Assembly (NCBI RefSeq): GCF_000953395.1
Contig: NZ_LN649236.1
Span: forward strand, 60,001 to 92,000
From: Candidatus Portiera aleyrodidarum
GTDB taxonomy: Bacteria; Pseudomonadota; Gammaproteobacteria; Johnevansiales; Johnevansiaceae
Direction: 5' to 3'
DNA length: 32,000 nt
The notes beneath the pieces were generated by a model, which was not told where the DNA came from, did no database searches, and worked only from the letters and a program-made list of their open reading frames with translations. Of this stretch, positions 7,396 through 19,230 are shown in pieces. Both the position numbers and the translations under genes were made by a program. Position 1 is the stretch's first letter. Every line of letters begins with the position of its first letter.

Positions 7396-8610
7396 TTAAT
7401 TATTTTTTTTAATTTTTTTTATTGTTTTGTATAATCTTTTCATACCTTCTTCAATTTCTTCATTAGAAATTATTAAAGAAGGAGCTAACCTTAATACATT
7501 CTTACCTGCATTTAATAACATTAAACCATTTTCAAAAGCTACTTTTAAAATATCTCTACCTCTGTTAATATAATTTTTATTTAATTCTAGACCTATAAGT
7601 AAACCCATCCCTCGTAGTTCTTTAAATATATCAAATTCTAAATTAATTCTTTTAATATGATTTTTAAATAACTCATGTTTTTTTTCAACACCACTTAATA
7701 CTTCCTTAGAAGAAATTATATCAAAAGCTGTATTACCTACAGCACAAGCTAATGGATTTCCACCATATGTAGAACCATGTACACCTAACTTAAATACTTT
7801 ACCAATATTATTAGTAGTCAACATAGCAGCTAAAGGAAAACCACAACCTATAGATTTAGCTAAAGTAATAATATCTGGCTTAATATTATAATGCATATAA
7901 GTAAATAGTTTACCTATACGTCCCATACCACATTGAACTTCATCAAATATAAGTAATGCGTTATATTGTTTACATAAATAACGCAATTCTTCTAAAAAAT
8001 AATGTTTGGCTACGTTTATACCACCTTCTCCTTGTATTGGTTCTATAATAACAGCACAAGTATAATTATTAATTAATTTACGAACACTATTTATGTTATT
8101 AAATTCAGCATGTATTATTCCCATTGGAGCAGGTCCAAAACCTTTAGAATATTTTTTTTTACCTCCTACATTTACAGTAAAAAAAGTACGTCCATGAAAA
8201 GATTGTTTAAAAGAAATAATTATATTTTTTTGTGAACCAAAAAACTTATAAGCATAACGTCTAGCTAATTTTAATGCAGATTCATTAGCTTCTGCACCAC
8301 TAGAACAAAAGAAAACTTTGTCAGCAAAAGTTTTTTTTACTAATTTTTTTGCTAAACATAAAGCAGGTTCATTAGTATAAAGATTAGATAAATGCCATAT
8401 TTTATCAGCTTGTTCTTTTAATGCTTCTATTAATGCAGGATTACAATGTCCAAGAGCATTAACTGCTATTCCACCTGCAAAATCAATATATTCACTACCA
8501 TCTTGTACCCATATTTTACTACCATACCCTTTAACTGGAATTTGATTTTGAGGTGAATAAATTGGTAATATATAATTATAAAAATCTTTTATATTTGGAA
8601 TAATATTCAT
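7396..8610 (-). CDS. argD: Acetylornithine / N-succinyl-diaminopimelate aminotransferase (class III PLP aminotransferase)
   Basis: 404 aa. FAGGIAVNALGHCNP, GAEANE, DEVQCGMGRIGK and the PLP-lysine context TLAKSIGCGFP are all present, giving collinear ArgD-like architecture. Confidence 0.85.
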   Translation of the reverse strand: MNIIPNIKDFYNYILPIYSPQNQIPVKGYGSKIWVQDGSEYIDFAGGIAVNALGHCNPALIEALKEQADKIWHLSNLYTNEPALCLAKKLVKKTFADKVFFCSSGAEANESALKLARRYAYKFFGSQKNIIISFKQSFHGRTFFTVNVGGKKKYSKGFGPAPMGIIHAEFNNINSVRKLINNYTCAVIIEPIQGEGGINVAKHYFLEELRYLCKQYNALLIFDEVQCGMGRIGKLFTYMHYNIKPDIITLAKSIGCGFPLAAMLTTNNIGKVFKLGVHGSTYGGNPLACAVGNTAFDIISSKEVLSGVEKKHELFKNHIKRINLEFDIFKELRGMGLLIGLELNKNYINRGRDILKVAFENGLMLLNAGKNVLRLAPSLIISNEEIEEGMKRLYKTIKKIKKNN

Positions 8611-8657
8611 AGTATTCTCTTCTCTATAGTGTTATCATGATAAAATAAGAAAATTAA

Positions 8658-8686
8658 ATAATAATTTAAATCTATGTACTTTACAA
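8658..8686 (-). promoter_or_regulatory. Weak candidate promoter for argD (TTGTAA-N17-TATTAT)
   Basis: The minus strand reads TTGTAA (8686..8681), a 17-nt spacer, then TATTAT (8663..8658), about 45 nt upstream of the argD ATG. The match is non-consensus in AT-rich DNA. Confidence 0.25.
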
Positions 8687-8691
8687 GTTAT

Positions 8692-8700
8692 TGTTATAAT
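8692..8700 (+). promoter_or_regulatory. Candidate extended -10 promoter (TGtTATAAT) for valS
   Basis: TGTTATAAT lies at 8692..8700, 31 nt before the valS ATG. It is the same 9-mer as upstream of infC. There is no convincing -35. Confidence 0.35.
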
Positions 8701-8731
8701 TCATCAATCAAAACGCTATTATTGCAGTAAA

Positions 8732-11476
8732 ATGATAATGAATCATTTATATAAAAAATATAATCCAAATAAAATTGAAAATTATTGGTATAACAAATGG
8801 GAAAAAAATAAAAACTTTTTAAGTAATGTATCATGTATACCGTTTTCCATTATGATTCCTCCTCCTAATGTTAATGGAAACTTACATATGGGTCATGCTT
8901 TTGAATATACATTAATAGATACAATAATACGTTATAAACGTATGCAAGGTTATAATACATTATTGCAATTTGGTACTGATCATGCTGGTATTGCTACACA
9001 AATTCTAATTGATAATCATCTTGCTAATGATAAAATATCTCGTATTTATTTGGGCAGAAAATTATTTATAAAACAAACATTAAAATGGTGTAATAAAACT
9101 ATACCTAAAATTATTTTACAAATGAAACGTATAGGTATTAGTGTTGATTGGAAAAAAGAACGATTTACTATGGATTATGGTTTTTATCAAGCAGTACAAG
9201 AAGCTTTTATTAAATTATATAAAAAAGGATTAATTTATAGAGGAAAAAGATTAATTAATTGGGATCCAAAATTATTTACAGCTATATCTGATATAGAAGT
9301 TGAAAGTATTGAATCAAAGGGGATCTTATGGTATATCCGTTATCCTTTATTAAATAATATAAAATCTATTGATGGTAAAAATTATTTAATCGTTGCTACT
9401 ACACGTCCAGAAACTATTCTTGCAGATACTTGTATTGCTGTTAATCCTCAAGATAAGCGATATAAAAACTTAATAGGTAAATGTGTTAAAGTACCATTAA
9501 TAGGTCGTATATTACCAATTATATCAGATGAAGTTGTTGATAAAAATTTTGGCACAGGTTGTGTTAAAATTACACCAGCACATAATTTTATTGATTATAA
9601 AATTGGTAAACGTAATAATAGTCTATTAATAAATATATTTACTAATAATTTTAAAGTTCGTAAAAAAGCAGAAATATGTAAGTTTAAATCAGGTAAAGTT
9701 TTAAATTATAATTTTATAAAAACACCAAAATCATATGTTGGTATGTCTATAAAGTTATTGCGGAAAAATATAGTTAATGATTTATTAAAAAATAATTGTT
9801 TAGAAAAAAAAATAGAGAATTATATATTAATGTTACCTTGTGGAGATCGTTCAGGGGCAATTATTGAACCTTTACTTACAGATCAATGGTTTGTTTCTAT
9901 TAAAAACTTAGCGAAATTAGCTATCAAGGCAGTAAAAAACGGTAATATAAAGTTTATACCAAAAAATTATGAAAAAATATATATAAATTGGATGTATAAT
10001 ATTAAAGATTGGTGTATTTCTCGTCAGTTATGGTGGGGACATAGAATACCAGCTTGGTTTGATGATACTAATAAGATTTTTGTTGGACGTAATGAAGAAG
10101 AAATAAGAAATAAATATTCTATTAATTTAAAAACTAAATTATATCAAGATAATGATGTTTTAGATACTTGGTTTAGTTCCGGATTATGGACTTTTTCTAC
10201 TATTGGTTGGCCTCAAAATACATATGATTTTAAGTTATTTCATCCATCTAGTGTTTTAATTACTGGTTTTGATATTATCCCTTTTTGGGTATCTCGTATG
10301 ATAATGATGACACTTAAATTTATTAATGAAATACCTTTTAAAACAGTATACATACATGGTTTAATTAGAGATCAAACTGGACAAAAAATGTCGAAATCTA
10401 AAGGTAATGTTATAGATCCTATTGAATTAATAGATGGTATTGAAAAAAATAATTTAAATTCTGGTGCTGATGCTTTAAGATATACATATTTATCTATATC
10501 TTTACCAGGTAAAGATATAAATTTGGATCTAGGAAGATTAAAAGGTTATAGGAATTTTTGTAATAAGTTATGGAATGCAACAAGATATGTTATATCTAAA
10601 GCAGAAATTTATTATAATAATGATTCTAAAATTTTTTTTTATTGGGAAAATTTAAATTCAATCAATAGATTTATTATTTCCATTTTACAAAAAACTAAAA
10701 AACTTTTTTATAATTATTTAGAAGAATATCGTTTGGATTTAGCATCTCAAACTATTTATGAATTTGTATGGTATGATTTTTGTGATTGGTATTTAGAATT
10801 TTCGAAAATAATTTTAAATAGTAAATATATATTATTTAAATTTAGTACAATAAATACATTAATATATGTATTAAAAGAAATTTTATTATTATTACATCCT
10901 ATGATTCCTTTTATTACTGAAGAATTATGGAAAAATATAATGTTATTACAATATAAAAATAAAAAAACAATGATTATTAACCAATCTTGGCCTAATATAG
11001 ATAAAAATAAAATTGATGAAGACGCTATATATGATATAGAATTTATAAAAAAAATTATTATAAATATACGTTATATGCGTGCATCAATGAATATTGATAA
11101 TTTTAAAATAATACAAATTTTTTGTTCTAAAGTAAAAAATTTTTATAAAGAATTATTAAACCAATATAATTATTATATATGCAAATTAGCTAAGATTAAA
11201 AGAATAAAGTATTATGAACCAAATATTCATTGTTTATCAAAAAATATTGAAAATCTTATGATAATACATATACCAATAATAAAAGAAAAATATTATGATT
11301 TTAAATTTATTATCGAAGAATTGAAAAAACAAAAAAAACTAATTAAAATTTTAGAAAGTAAATTAAAAAATAAAAATTTTATTAATAAAGCTCCTAAATC
11401 TGTAATAACAAAAAATAAAATAAAATTAAAAAAAGCAAAAGATTTAATTAACTTAATTGGTAAACCAAACTTCTAA
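8732..11476 (+). CDS. valS: Valyl-tRNA synthetase
   Basis: 914 aa. It has the HIGH-type motif PPPNVNGNLHMGHAF, a CP1 editing-domain region, KMSKSKGNV and a C-terminal K-rich coiled coil. The start could be M1 or M3. Confidence 0.97.
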   Translation: MIMNHLYKKYNPNKIENYWYNKWEKNKNFLSNVSCIPFSIMIPPPNVNGNLHMGHAFEYTLIDTIIRYKRMQGYNTLLQFGTDHAGIATQILIDNHLANDKISRIYLGRKLFIKQTLKWCNKTIPKIILQMKRIGISVDWKKERFTMDYGFYQAVQEAFIKLYKKGLIYRGKRLINWDPKLFTAISDIEVESIESKGILWYIRYPLLNNIKSIDGKNYLIVATTRPETILADTCIAVNPQDKRYKNLIGKCVKVPLIGRILPIISDEVVDKNFGTGCVKITPAHNFIDYKIGKRNNSLLINIFTNNFKVRKKAEICKFKSGKVLNYNFIKTPKSYVGMSIKLLRKNIVNDLLKNNCLEKKIENYILMLPCGDRSGAIIEPLLTDQWFVSIKNLAKLAIKAVKNGNIKFIPKNYEKIYINWMYNIKDWCISRQLWWGHRIPAWFDDTNKIFVGRNEEEIRNKYSINLKTKLYQDNDVLDTWFSSGLWTFSTIGWPQNTYDFKLFHPSSVLITGFDIIPFWVSRMIMMTLKFINEIPFKTVYIHGLIRDQTGQKMSKSKGNVIDPIELIDGIEKNNLNSGADALRYTYLSISLPGKDINLDLGRLKGYRNFCNKLWNATRYVISKAEIYYNNDSKIFFYWENLNSINRFIISILQKTKKLFYNYLEEYRLDLASQTIYEFVWYDFCDWYLEFSKIILNSKYILFKFSTINTLIYVLKEILLLLHPMIPFITEELWKNIMLLQYKNKKTMIINQSWPNIDKNKIDEDAIYDIEFIKKIIINIRYMRASMNIDNFKIIQIFCSKVKNFYKELLNQYNYYICKLAKIKRIKYYEPNIHCLSKNIENLMIIHIPIIKEKYYDFKFIIEELKKQKKLIKILESKLKNKNFINKAPKSVITKNKIKLKKAKDLINLIGKPNF

Positions 11477-11522
11477 AGAAAAACTTTCCAACATAATATT
11501 TATAATTTTTTTTAAATGGTAA

Positions 11523-12509
<987 letters not shown>

Positions 12510-12529
<20 letters not shown>

Positions 12530-13697
12530 TTATAATTGATATATCCTTATCGCCTCTACCACTCATATTTACTATAATAATATTTTTCTTTGACAATCTG
12601 GGAGCTATTTTACTTACATAAGCTAATGCATGAGCAGATTCCAGAGCAGGTATTATACCTTCTAAATAGCAACATTTTTTAAAAGCATCTATAGCTTCCT
12701 TATCAGTTACAGATACATAATCAATACGCTTACATTTATAATAATAAGAATGTTCTGGACCTATACCTGGATAATCCATTCCTGCTGAAATTGAGTGGGC
12801 ATCTTTAATCTGACCATCTTTATTTTGTAAAATATAAGTCCTATTACCATGAATAACTCCAGGTACACCTCCAGTTAGGCTAGCTGCATGTTTACCTGTT
12901 TCAATCCCCTTTCCACCAGATTCCACTCCTATCATACGTATCTTATTATCATTTATCATTGGATAAAATAGCCCCATAGCATTAGATCCACCACCTATAC
13001 AAGCTACTAATATATCCGGAAGTTGGCCTTCAATGTTAATAATTTGTTCACGTACTTCATGACCAATTATAGATTGAAAATCACGAACCATAACAGGATA
13101 TGGATGTGGTCCAGCAACTGTACCTATAATATAAAATGTATTTTCTATATTATTTACCCAATCTCTTAATGCTTCATTCATAGCATCCTTTAATGTCCCT
13201 TTACCTGATTTTACAGGTACTACATTAGCACCTAATAAGTTCATTCGATCAACGTTGGTTTTTTGACGCTTCACGTCAGTAATTCCCATATAAATTACAC
13301 ATTTCATACCAAATCTTGCAGCTACAGTAGCTGTAGCTACTCCGTGCATACCTGCACCAGTTTCTGCAATAATACGATTTTTACCTAAACGTTTAGCTAA
13401 TAATATTTGACCAATACAATTATTTATTTTGTGTGCCCCTGTATGGTTTAAATCTTCTCTTTTGAAATATATTATACCTCCTCCTAATGATTGAGTAAAT
13501 CTATCAGCTAAATATAATGGACTTGATCTGCCTATATAATTTTTTTGATAATATAATAATTCATTTTTGAATGATTTATCTATTTTCGCGGATTGGTAAG
13601 TTTGTTCAAGCTCTATTATTAAAGGCATTAATGTTTCTGATACAAAACGACCACCAAAATCACCAAATAAACCTTTATCATTAGGTATAATATTCAT
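12510..13697 (-). CDS. trpB: Tryptophan synthase beta chain
   Basis: 395 aa. [16 protein letters not shown] (PLP lysine), GGGSNAMG and [15 protein letters not shown] are present; the sequence is highly conserved. Confidence 0.97.
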
Positions 13698-13807
13698 TAT
13701 TAATCCTTAGTATTTTTTATTACTTAATTTATATTTTATTATTTTTTATATTATTTACTAGTATTTGTTATTAAAACTATTGATTAACTTTTAAAATTTT
13801 ATTAATA

Positions 13808-14299
13808 ATGCAAATTAAAAAATTACCAATAATTATAAATTTTCAATATGAAATTAAGAATATAATTAAATTAATTATACCAAATGAAAATTTAATGTTT
13901 TCTTGGATTAATTTAGTTTTTCAACAACATTATAAAGATGATGTTATACGACATAAAGATGTTATAATACATAATGAATTGACTATACGTTTTGTTGAAT
14001 ATAAAGAAATTTATACACTTAATAGCTATTATCGTGGTATAAATAATTTAACAAATATACTTTCTTTTCCATATGAAGCTCCTCCTGGGATAAAAATACC
14101 TTTATTAGGTGAAATAGTAATAACACCAAATTTAATTTTATATGAATCATTAAAAAAAAATAAATCTTTTCTATCTCACTTGGCTCATATAATTATTCAT
14201 GGTTGTTTACATTTAATTGGTTATAATCATAATAATGAAAATGATGCTGCTAAAATGGAAAATATTGAATACTCAATATTAGAACAAATAAACTTATGA
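13808..14299 (+). CDS. ybeY: Endoribonuclease YbeY (16S rRNA 3'-end maturation)
   Basis: 163 aa. It has the zinc motif HGCLHLIGYNH (H-x3-H-x5-H) and NILSFP. Its stop overlaps the leuS start (ATGA). Confidence 0.9.
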   Translation: MQIKKLPIIINFQYEIKNIIKLIIPNENLMFSWINLVFQQHYKDDVIRHKDVIIHNELTIRFVEYKEIYTLNSYYRGINNLTNILSFPYEAPPGIKIPLLGEIVITPNLILYESLKKNKSFLSHLAHIIIHGCLHLIGYNHNNENDAAKMENIEYSILEQINL

Positions 14300-16872
14300 A
14301 AAATCCTTTTTATTACATAGATATTGAACGAGAAGCCCAGAAGTATTGGGAAGATAATAAATGTTTTGAAACAGTAGAAGATATGAATAAGGAAAAATTT
14401 TATTGTTTATGTATGTTTCCATATCCTAGCGGTAATCTACATATTGGGCATGTACGTAATTATACAATAGGAGATGTAATATCTCGTTTACAACGTATGC
14501 TAGGTAAAAATGTATTAAATCCTATTGGATGGGATGCTTTTGGTATGCCTGCAGAAAATGCTGCAAAAAAAAATATTGTTTCTCCTAATAAATGGACATA
14601 TACCAATATTGAATATATGCGGAAACAACTAAAAAGTTTAGGTTTTTCTTATAATTGGGATAGAGAAATAACAACATGTAATTTAAATTACTATCGTTGG
14701 GAACAATGGTTTTTTATTAAATTGATAGACCATGGTTTAATATATAAAACTAATGCAAGTGTTAATTGGGATCCGGTAGATAATACTATTTTAGCTAATG
14801 AGCAAGTAATAAATGGTATTGGATGGCGTTCTGGGGCAAAAGTAGAACGTAGAAAAATTCCAATATGGTTTTTTAAAATTACAGAATATGCTGAAGAACT
14901 TTTGAAATGTTTAGAAAATATTGATTGGCCAGAGTCTGTAAAAAAAATGCAAATAAATTGGATTGGTAAATCTAAAGGAATAGAAATTTTTTTCAAAGTT
15001 ATGGCTTCTGTTCCTAACTTTTTATCTAAATTAAAAGTTTTTACAACACGCCCAGATACCATATTAGGAGTTACTTATATAATATTAGCACCTGATCATC
15101 CTTTAGTTGAATTAGCTGCACAATATAATAAAAAATTAAATAAATTTTGTAAGAATTTTCGTATAGGTGGTAATTCTTCAGTAGAATTATTAAATAAGGA
15201 AAAAATTGGATTATATATAGGATATAAAGTATTACATCCAATTACCCATGAATATTTACCAATATATGTTTCTAATTTTATAATTATGGAATATGGTACA
15301 GGGGCTATAATGGGTGTTCCAGCTCATGATCAAAGAGATTGGGAATTTGCAATTAAGTACGGATTACCAATAAAAACTGTAATCACCGACTATAATGGTA
15401 ATATACCTGATATTTCTAAAAAAGCATATACGGAATATGGATTACTTATAAATTCAGGTATATTTAATAACTTAAATTTTTTTGAAGCTTTTGATTCTAT
15501 TAATAAATATATAAAAAAAATAAATTGTGGAGTTATTACAAACCATTTTAGGTTGCGTGATTGGGGTATTTCTAGGCAGAGATATTGGGGCACTCCTATT
15601 CCTATTAAATATGGTCCCAAAGGACAAACAGTCCCCCTTACTGATGAAGAATTACCTGTTTATTTACCTACAGAGGTAAGTTTTAATAGTAAATTTAATT
15701 TAAAAAAATTACCATCTTTTTACGATTTAGGAAATGGATGGGTTCGTGATACGGATACTTTTGATACTTTTATAGAATCCTCTTGGTATTACGCACGTTT
15801 TTGTTGTAATGATAATAAAAAATCAATGCTTGATGCAAGGGTAAACTATTGGTTACCAGTTGATATGTATATAGGTGGGATTGAACATGCAATTCTGCAT
15901 TTATTATATGCTAGGTTTTTCCATAAATTACTGCGTGATTTTGGCTTAGTTGAATGTGATGAACCTTTCAAAAAATTAATTACTCAAGGTATGGTTGTTA
16001 CACCTACCTACTATAGAGAAATACATGGTAAAAAAGAATGGTTTAATCCTTTAGATGTTAAGTTAAATAAAGATAAAAAAGCAACTTTAACTAAAGATGG
16101 TGGTACTGTTATAAAAAGCGGTATTGAAAAAATGTCTAAGTCTAAAAATAACGGTATTGATCCTAAAGTTCTAATTGATAAATTTGGTGCTGATACTTTA
16201 CGTTTCTTCATTATGTTTTCCGCACCTACTGAACAATCACTTATTTGGTCAGAAACTGGAATTATAGGTGCTAACCGATTTATTAAACGTTTATGGAATA
16301 TAGTTCATATACATATATCTAAATCTTATTCAGAAAATAATAAAATAAAAATATCATCATTAACACCTGAACAATTTATTTTATATCGAAAAACCCATAA
16401 AACAATAAAAAAAGCTACTGAAGATATGATTGGACGGCATACCTTTAATACTGTAATAGCTAAAGTAATGGAATTAACTAACTTAGTATCACGTTTTCTT
16501 GATTATAGTATCCAAGGATTAGCTGTAACTAGGGAAGCCTTGAAATCTATTATACTAATATTGGCTCCTATTGTCCCGCACATTACCCATATTTTATGGA
16601 AAAAAATGGGATACTCATATGCTGTTATTGATGCAAAATGGCCAAATTTTAATGAACCATGCTTATTAGGAAAATTAATTACCGTGGTGGTACAGATAAA
16701 TGGAAAATTACGTAAACTATTAAAATTACCTAGTAATTATGGTACTCAAAATAAAAAGCTTGCAAACGCTATTTTATCCTCTAAACAGATTAAAGGTTAC
16801 CTTATAGGGAAAAACCTTAAGAAAATTATTATCGTACCAGGAAAATTAATTAATATAGTCCTTAAACAATGA
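14296..16872 (+). CDS. leuS: Leucyl-tRNA synthetase
   Basis: 858 aa. PYPSGNLHIGHVRNY, a CP1 editing domain (TTRPDT) and KMSKSKNNG are present. Confidence 0.97.
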   Translation: MKNPFYYIDIEREAQKYWEDNKCFETVEDMNKEKFYCLCMFPYPSGNLHIGHVRNYTIGDVISRLQRMLGKNVLNPIGWDAFGMPAENAAKKNIVSPNKWTYTNIEYMRKQLKSLGFSYNWDREITTCNLNYYRWEQWFFIKLIDHGLIYKTNASVNWDPVDNTILANEQVINGIGWRSGAKVERRKIPIWFFKITEYAEELLKCLENIDWPESVKKMQINWIGKSKGIEIFFKVMASVPNFLSKLKVFTTRPDTILGVTYIILAPDHPLVELAAQYNKKLNKFCKNFRIGGNSSVELLNKEKIGLYIGYKVLHPITHEYLPIYVSNFIIMEYGTGAIMGVPAHDQRDWEFAIKYGLPIKTVITDYNGNIPDISKKAYTEYGLLINSGIFNNLNFFEAFDSINKYIKKINCGVITNHFRLRDWGISRQRYWGTPIPIKYGPKGQTVPLTDEELPVYLPTEVSFNSKFNLKKLPSFYDLGNGWVRDTDTFDTFIESSWYYARFCCNDNKKSMLDARVNYWLPVDMYIGGIEHAILHLLYARFFHKLLRDFGLVECDEPFKKLITQGMVVTPTYYREIHGKKEWFNPLDVKLNKDKKATLTKDGGTVIKSGIEKMSKSKNNGIDPKVLIDKFGADTLRFFIMFSAPTEQSLIWSETGIIGANRFIKRLWNIVHIHISKSYSENNKIKISSLTPEQFILYRKTHKTIKKATEDMIGRHTFNTVIAKVMELTNLVSRFLDYSIQGLAVTREALKSIILILAPIVPHITHILWKKMGYSYAVIDAKWPNFNEPCLLGKLITVVVQINGKLRKLLKLPSNYGTQNKKLANAILSSKQIKGYLIGKNLKKIIIVPGKLINIVLKQ

Positions 16873-17810
16873 AAATATTTTATTACCAGCTTTATGAGTA
16901 TTTAAATAATAGTTTATCTACCCTTTATATTATATCTGGATCTGAACCATTGTTACAGATGGAAGTATGTGACATGATTCGTGCAAAATTAAATTCATTG
17001 GGTAGGGTAGAGCGTAAAGTTATATATATAGAAAAAGAAAAAAGCTGGTGTAAAAAAATATTGGAAGTATCTACTAATTTATCACTTTTTGCCATAATCA
17101 AGCTCATAGAAATACAAATTATTAGACTTCCACCTAATATTCAATATATTAAAGTATATGCTAAGCTATTAATGAGTAATAATATTTTTTTATTGATTAG
17201 GACCCCACATCTATCTTATAAGATACAACAAAAAAAATGGTTTAAAGAACTAGAATCAATTAGCGTTTTTGTGCCTATTTTTAAAATAGAAGATATTTCT
17301 GGTTGGATTTTTAATCGAGCAGCAAAAAAACATCAAATCAGTCTTGATATAAATGCTATATCTATTTTAAAGCAGTGCTATGAAGGTAATTTAATTGCCT
17401 TGGATCAAGCTTTAGCCAACCTTAAATTAATATACCCTAACAATACTTTTTTAAAGGCACAGGATATATTAAATACTATTACTGATTATTCACGATTTAA
17501 TGTAATTGATTTGCTGGATGCTTGTATTTTAGGTGATACTAAACGCTGCATACATATTATTCAAGTATTGCAAATATCCGAATTTGATGTATCTATTATT
17601 TTATGGAATTTAATTAGTGAATTGCGTATCCTATTGTCGGCAGGTAGTAAAAAACTAAAACATAAGCTAGCACTACAAAGGTTATCTATTTATTCCATAC
17701 ATAATATGTTATTATTTGCTCAAAAATTAGACAATGCCATTAAAAATGAGGATAATATACCTATTTGGGTATCATTGACTAATTTAGCTTTAATGTTAGC
17801 AGGAGTCTAA
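16869..17810 (+). CDS. holA: DNA polymerase III delta subunit
   Basis: 313 aa. The match to HolA is weak but collinear (YIISGSEPLL..; CYEGNLIALDQALANLKLIYPN versus E. coli CYCYEGNLLALAQALERLSLLWP). It sits in the canonical position after leuS. The ATGA overlaps the leuS stop. Confidence 0.8.
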   Translation: MKIFYYQLYEYLNNSLSTLYIISGSEPLLQMEVCDMIRAKLNSLGRVERKVIYIEKEKSWCKKILEVSTNLSLFAIIKLIEIQIIRLPPNIQYIKVYAKLLMSNNIFLLIRTPHLSYKIQQKKWFKELESISVFVPIFKIEDISGWIFNRAAKKHQISLDINAISILKQCYEGNLIALDQALANLKLIYPNNTFLKAQDILNTITDYSRFNVIDLLDACILGDTKRCIHIIQVLQISEFDVSIILWNLISELRILLSAGSKKLKHKLALQRLSIYSIHNMLLFAQKLDNAIKNEDNIPIWVSLTNLALMLAGV

Positions 17811-19210
17811 ACCTTATGAATAGTAGTACCTGATGATGTAGCACAAGCTGCTTCGTGTACTGCTTCTGAAAGGGTAGGATGAGCAAAACATGTTAATGCC
17901 AAATCCTCAGCACTAGAACTAAATTCCATTGCAATAACACCCTGAGCAATTAATTCACTAGCATTTTGTCCCATTATATGTACACCTAAAATTCGATCAT
18001 TTACATCTGCAATTATTTTAACCATACCTTGTATTGCATTATTTGCCCTAGCTCTACCGCAATTAGCAAACGGAAAACTCCCTACTTTATAGTTAATACC
18101 TGCTGATTTAAGCTGCTGTTCATTTTTACCCACCCAAGCTATTTCGGGTCTTGTATAAATAACCCATGGAATAGTATCATAATTTATCTGTACATTATTA
18201 CCAGCAATAATTTCAGCTACCATAATACCTTCTTGAGCCGCTTTATGTGCTAACATAGGACCCCTTACAACGTCTCCTACAGCATAAATTCCTGATACAC
18301 TTGTTTTACATTGATTGTCAACTTTGATAAATCCTTTATCATCAATCTCTATCCCGCTATAAGGTGGTCTATAAGGTATCCTACCTATACAAACTATCAA
18401 CTTATCAAAAGTTAAGCTATGCTCACCAAAGGGATCCATAAAATTAACTTTAACTTCTTTATTTTTAATTTCGCTACCCATAATACGCACATTAAATTTA
18501 ATATTTAACCCTTGTTTTGTTAATATTTTTGATATTTCTTTAGCTAAAGTTTCATCTACAACTGGAAATAATTTATCTAACGCTTCCAATATAGTAACCT
18601 TACTGCCTAGTCTACTCCAAACTGAACCTAATTCTATCCCAATAATACCTGCTCCTATTATACCTAAACGATTAGGTACCTCCTGTAAACTTAATGCAGC
18701 TGCAGAGTCTATTATTGTATCTCCATTTAATGGTACCTGATTAATGCTGCTAGGAATAGATCCTGAAGCAATAATAATATTATTAGCTTTAAAAATACTC
18801 TTTTTTCCGTTATGAGACAATTCTACTTTTTTTTCATTTAAAATCTTACCAGTTCCTTTCAATACTATAACCCCATTAGCTCTAAACAAAGCATCAATTC
18901 CATCAATTAAACTATAAACAATTTTATTTTTATGCCTGATCATATTTTTAATATCGATACTAATTTTATCAATCTTAATACCTAATTCTTCGAATTTATC
19001 CCTAGCCTCAATAAACTTATGTGATATTTCTAATAATGTTTTTGAAGGGATACATCCAACATTTAAGCAAGTACCTCCATAAATCATTCTTCCATCTTTA
19101 ATCCATTTTTCAACACAAGCAGTTTTTAGTCCTAATTGCGCCGCTCTTATAGCTGCAACGTAACCAGCTGGACCAGCACCTATAACAATTACATCAAAAT
19201 TAGCTTCCAT
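17807..19210 (-). CDS. lpdA: Dihydrolipoyl dehydrogenase (E3)
   Basis: 467 aa. It has the FAD motif VIGAGPAGY, the redox disulfide GGTCLNVGCIPSK, the NAD motif GAGIIGIE and the C-terminal HAHPTLSE. It follows sucB. Confidence 0.93.
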   Translation of the reverse strand: MEANFDVIVIGAGPAGYVAAIRAAQLGLKTACVEKWIKDGRMIYGGTCLNVGCIPSKTLLEISHKFIEARDKFEELGIKIDKISIDIKNMIRHKNKIVYSLIDGIDALFRANGVIVLKGTGKILNEKKVELSHNGKKSIFKANNIIIASGSIPSSINQVPLNGDTIIDSAAALSLQEVPNRLGIIGAGIIGIELGSVWSRLGSKVTILEALDKLFPVVDETLAKEISKILTKQGLNIKFNVRIMGSEIKNKEVKVNFMDPFGEHSLTFDKLIVCIGRIPYRPPYSGIEIDDKGFIKVDNQCKTSVSGIYAVGDVVRGPMLAHKAAQEGIMVAEIIAGNNVQINYDTIPWVIYTRPEIAWVGKNEQQLKSAGINYKVGSFPFANCGRARANNAIQGMVKIIADVNDRILGVHIMGQNASELIAQGVIAMEFSSSAEDLALTCFAHPTLSEAVHEAACATSSGTTIHKV

Positions 19211-19230
19211 ATTTATTTCTCTCGTTACAT

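Noticed and set aside
13698-13807. I looked for sigma70-like promoters in the trpB/ybeY divergent spacer (TTGATT at 13780, TTGTTA at 13765, TAAAAT at 13792).
   Set aside because: The hexamer pairs have the wrong spacing (6 nt, or no -10 at 17 to 18 nt), so they are indistinguishable from background in this AT-rich spacer.
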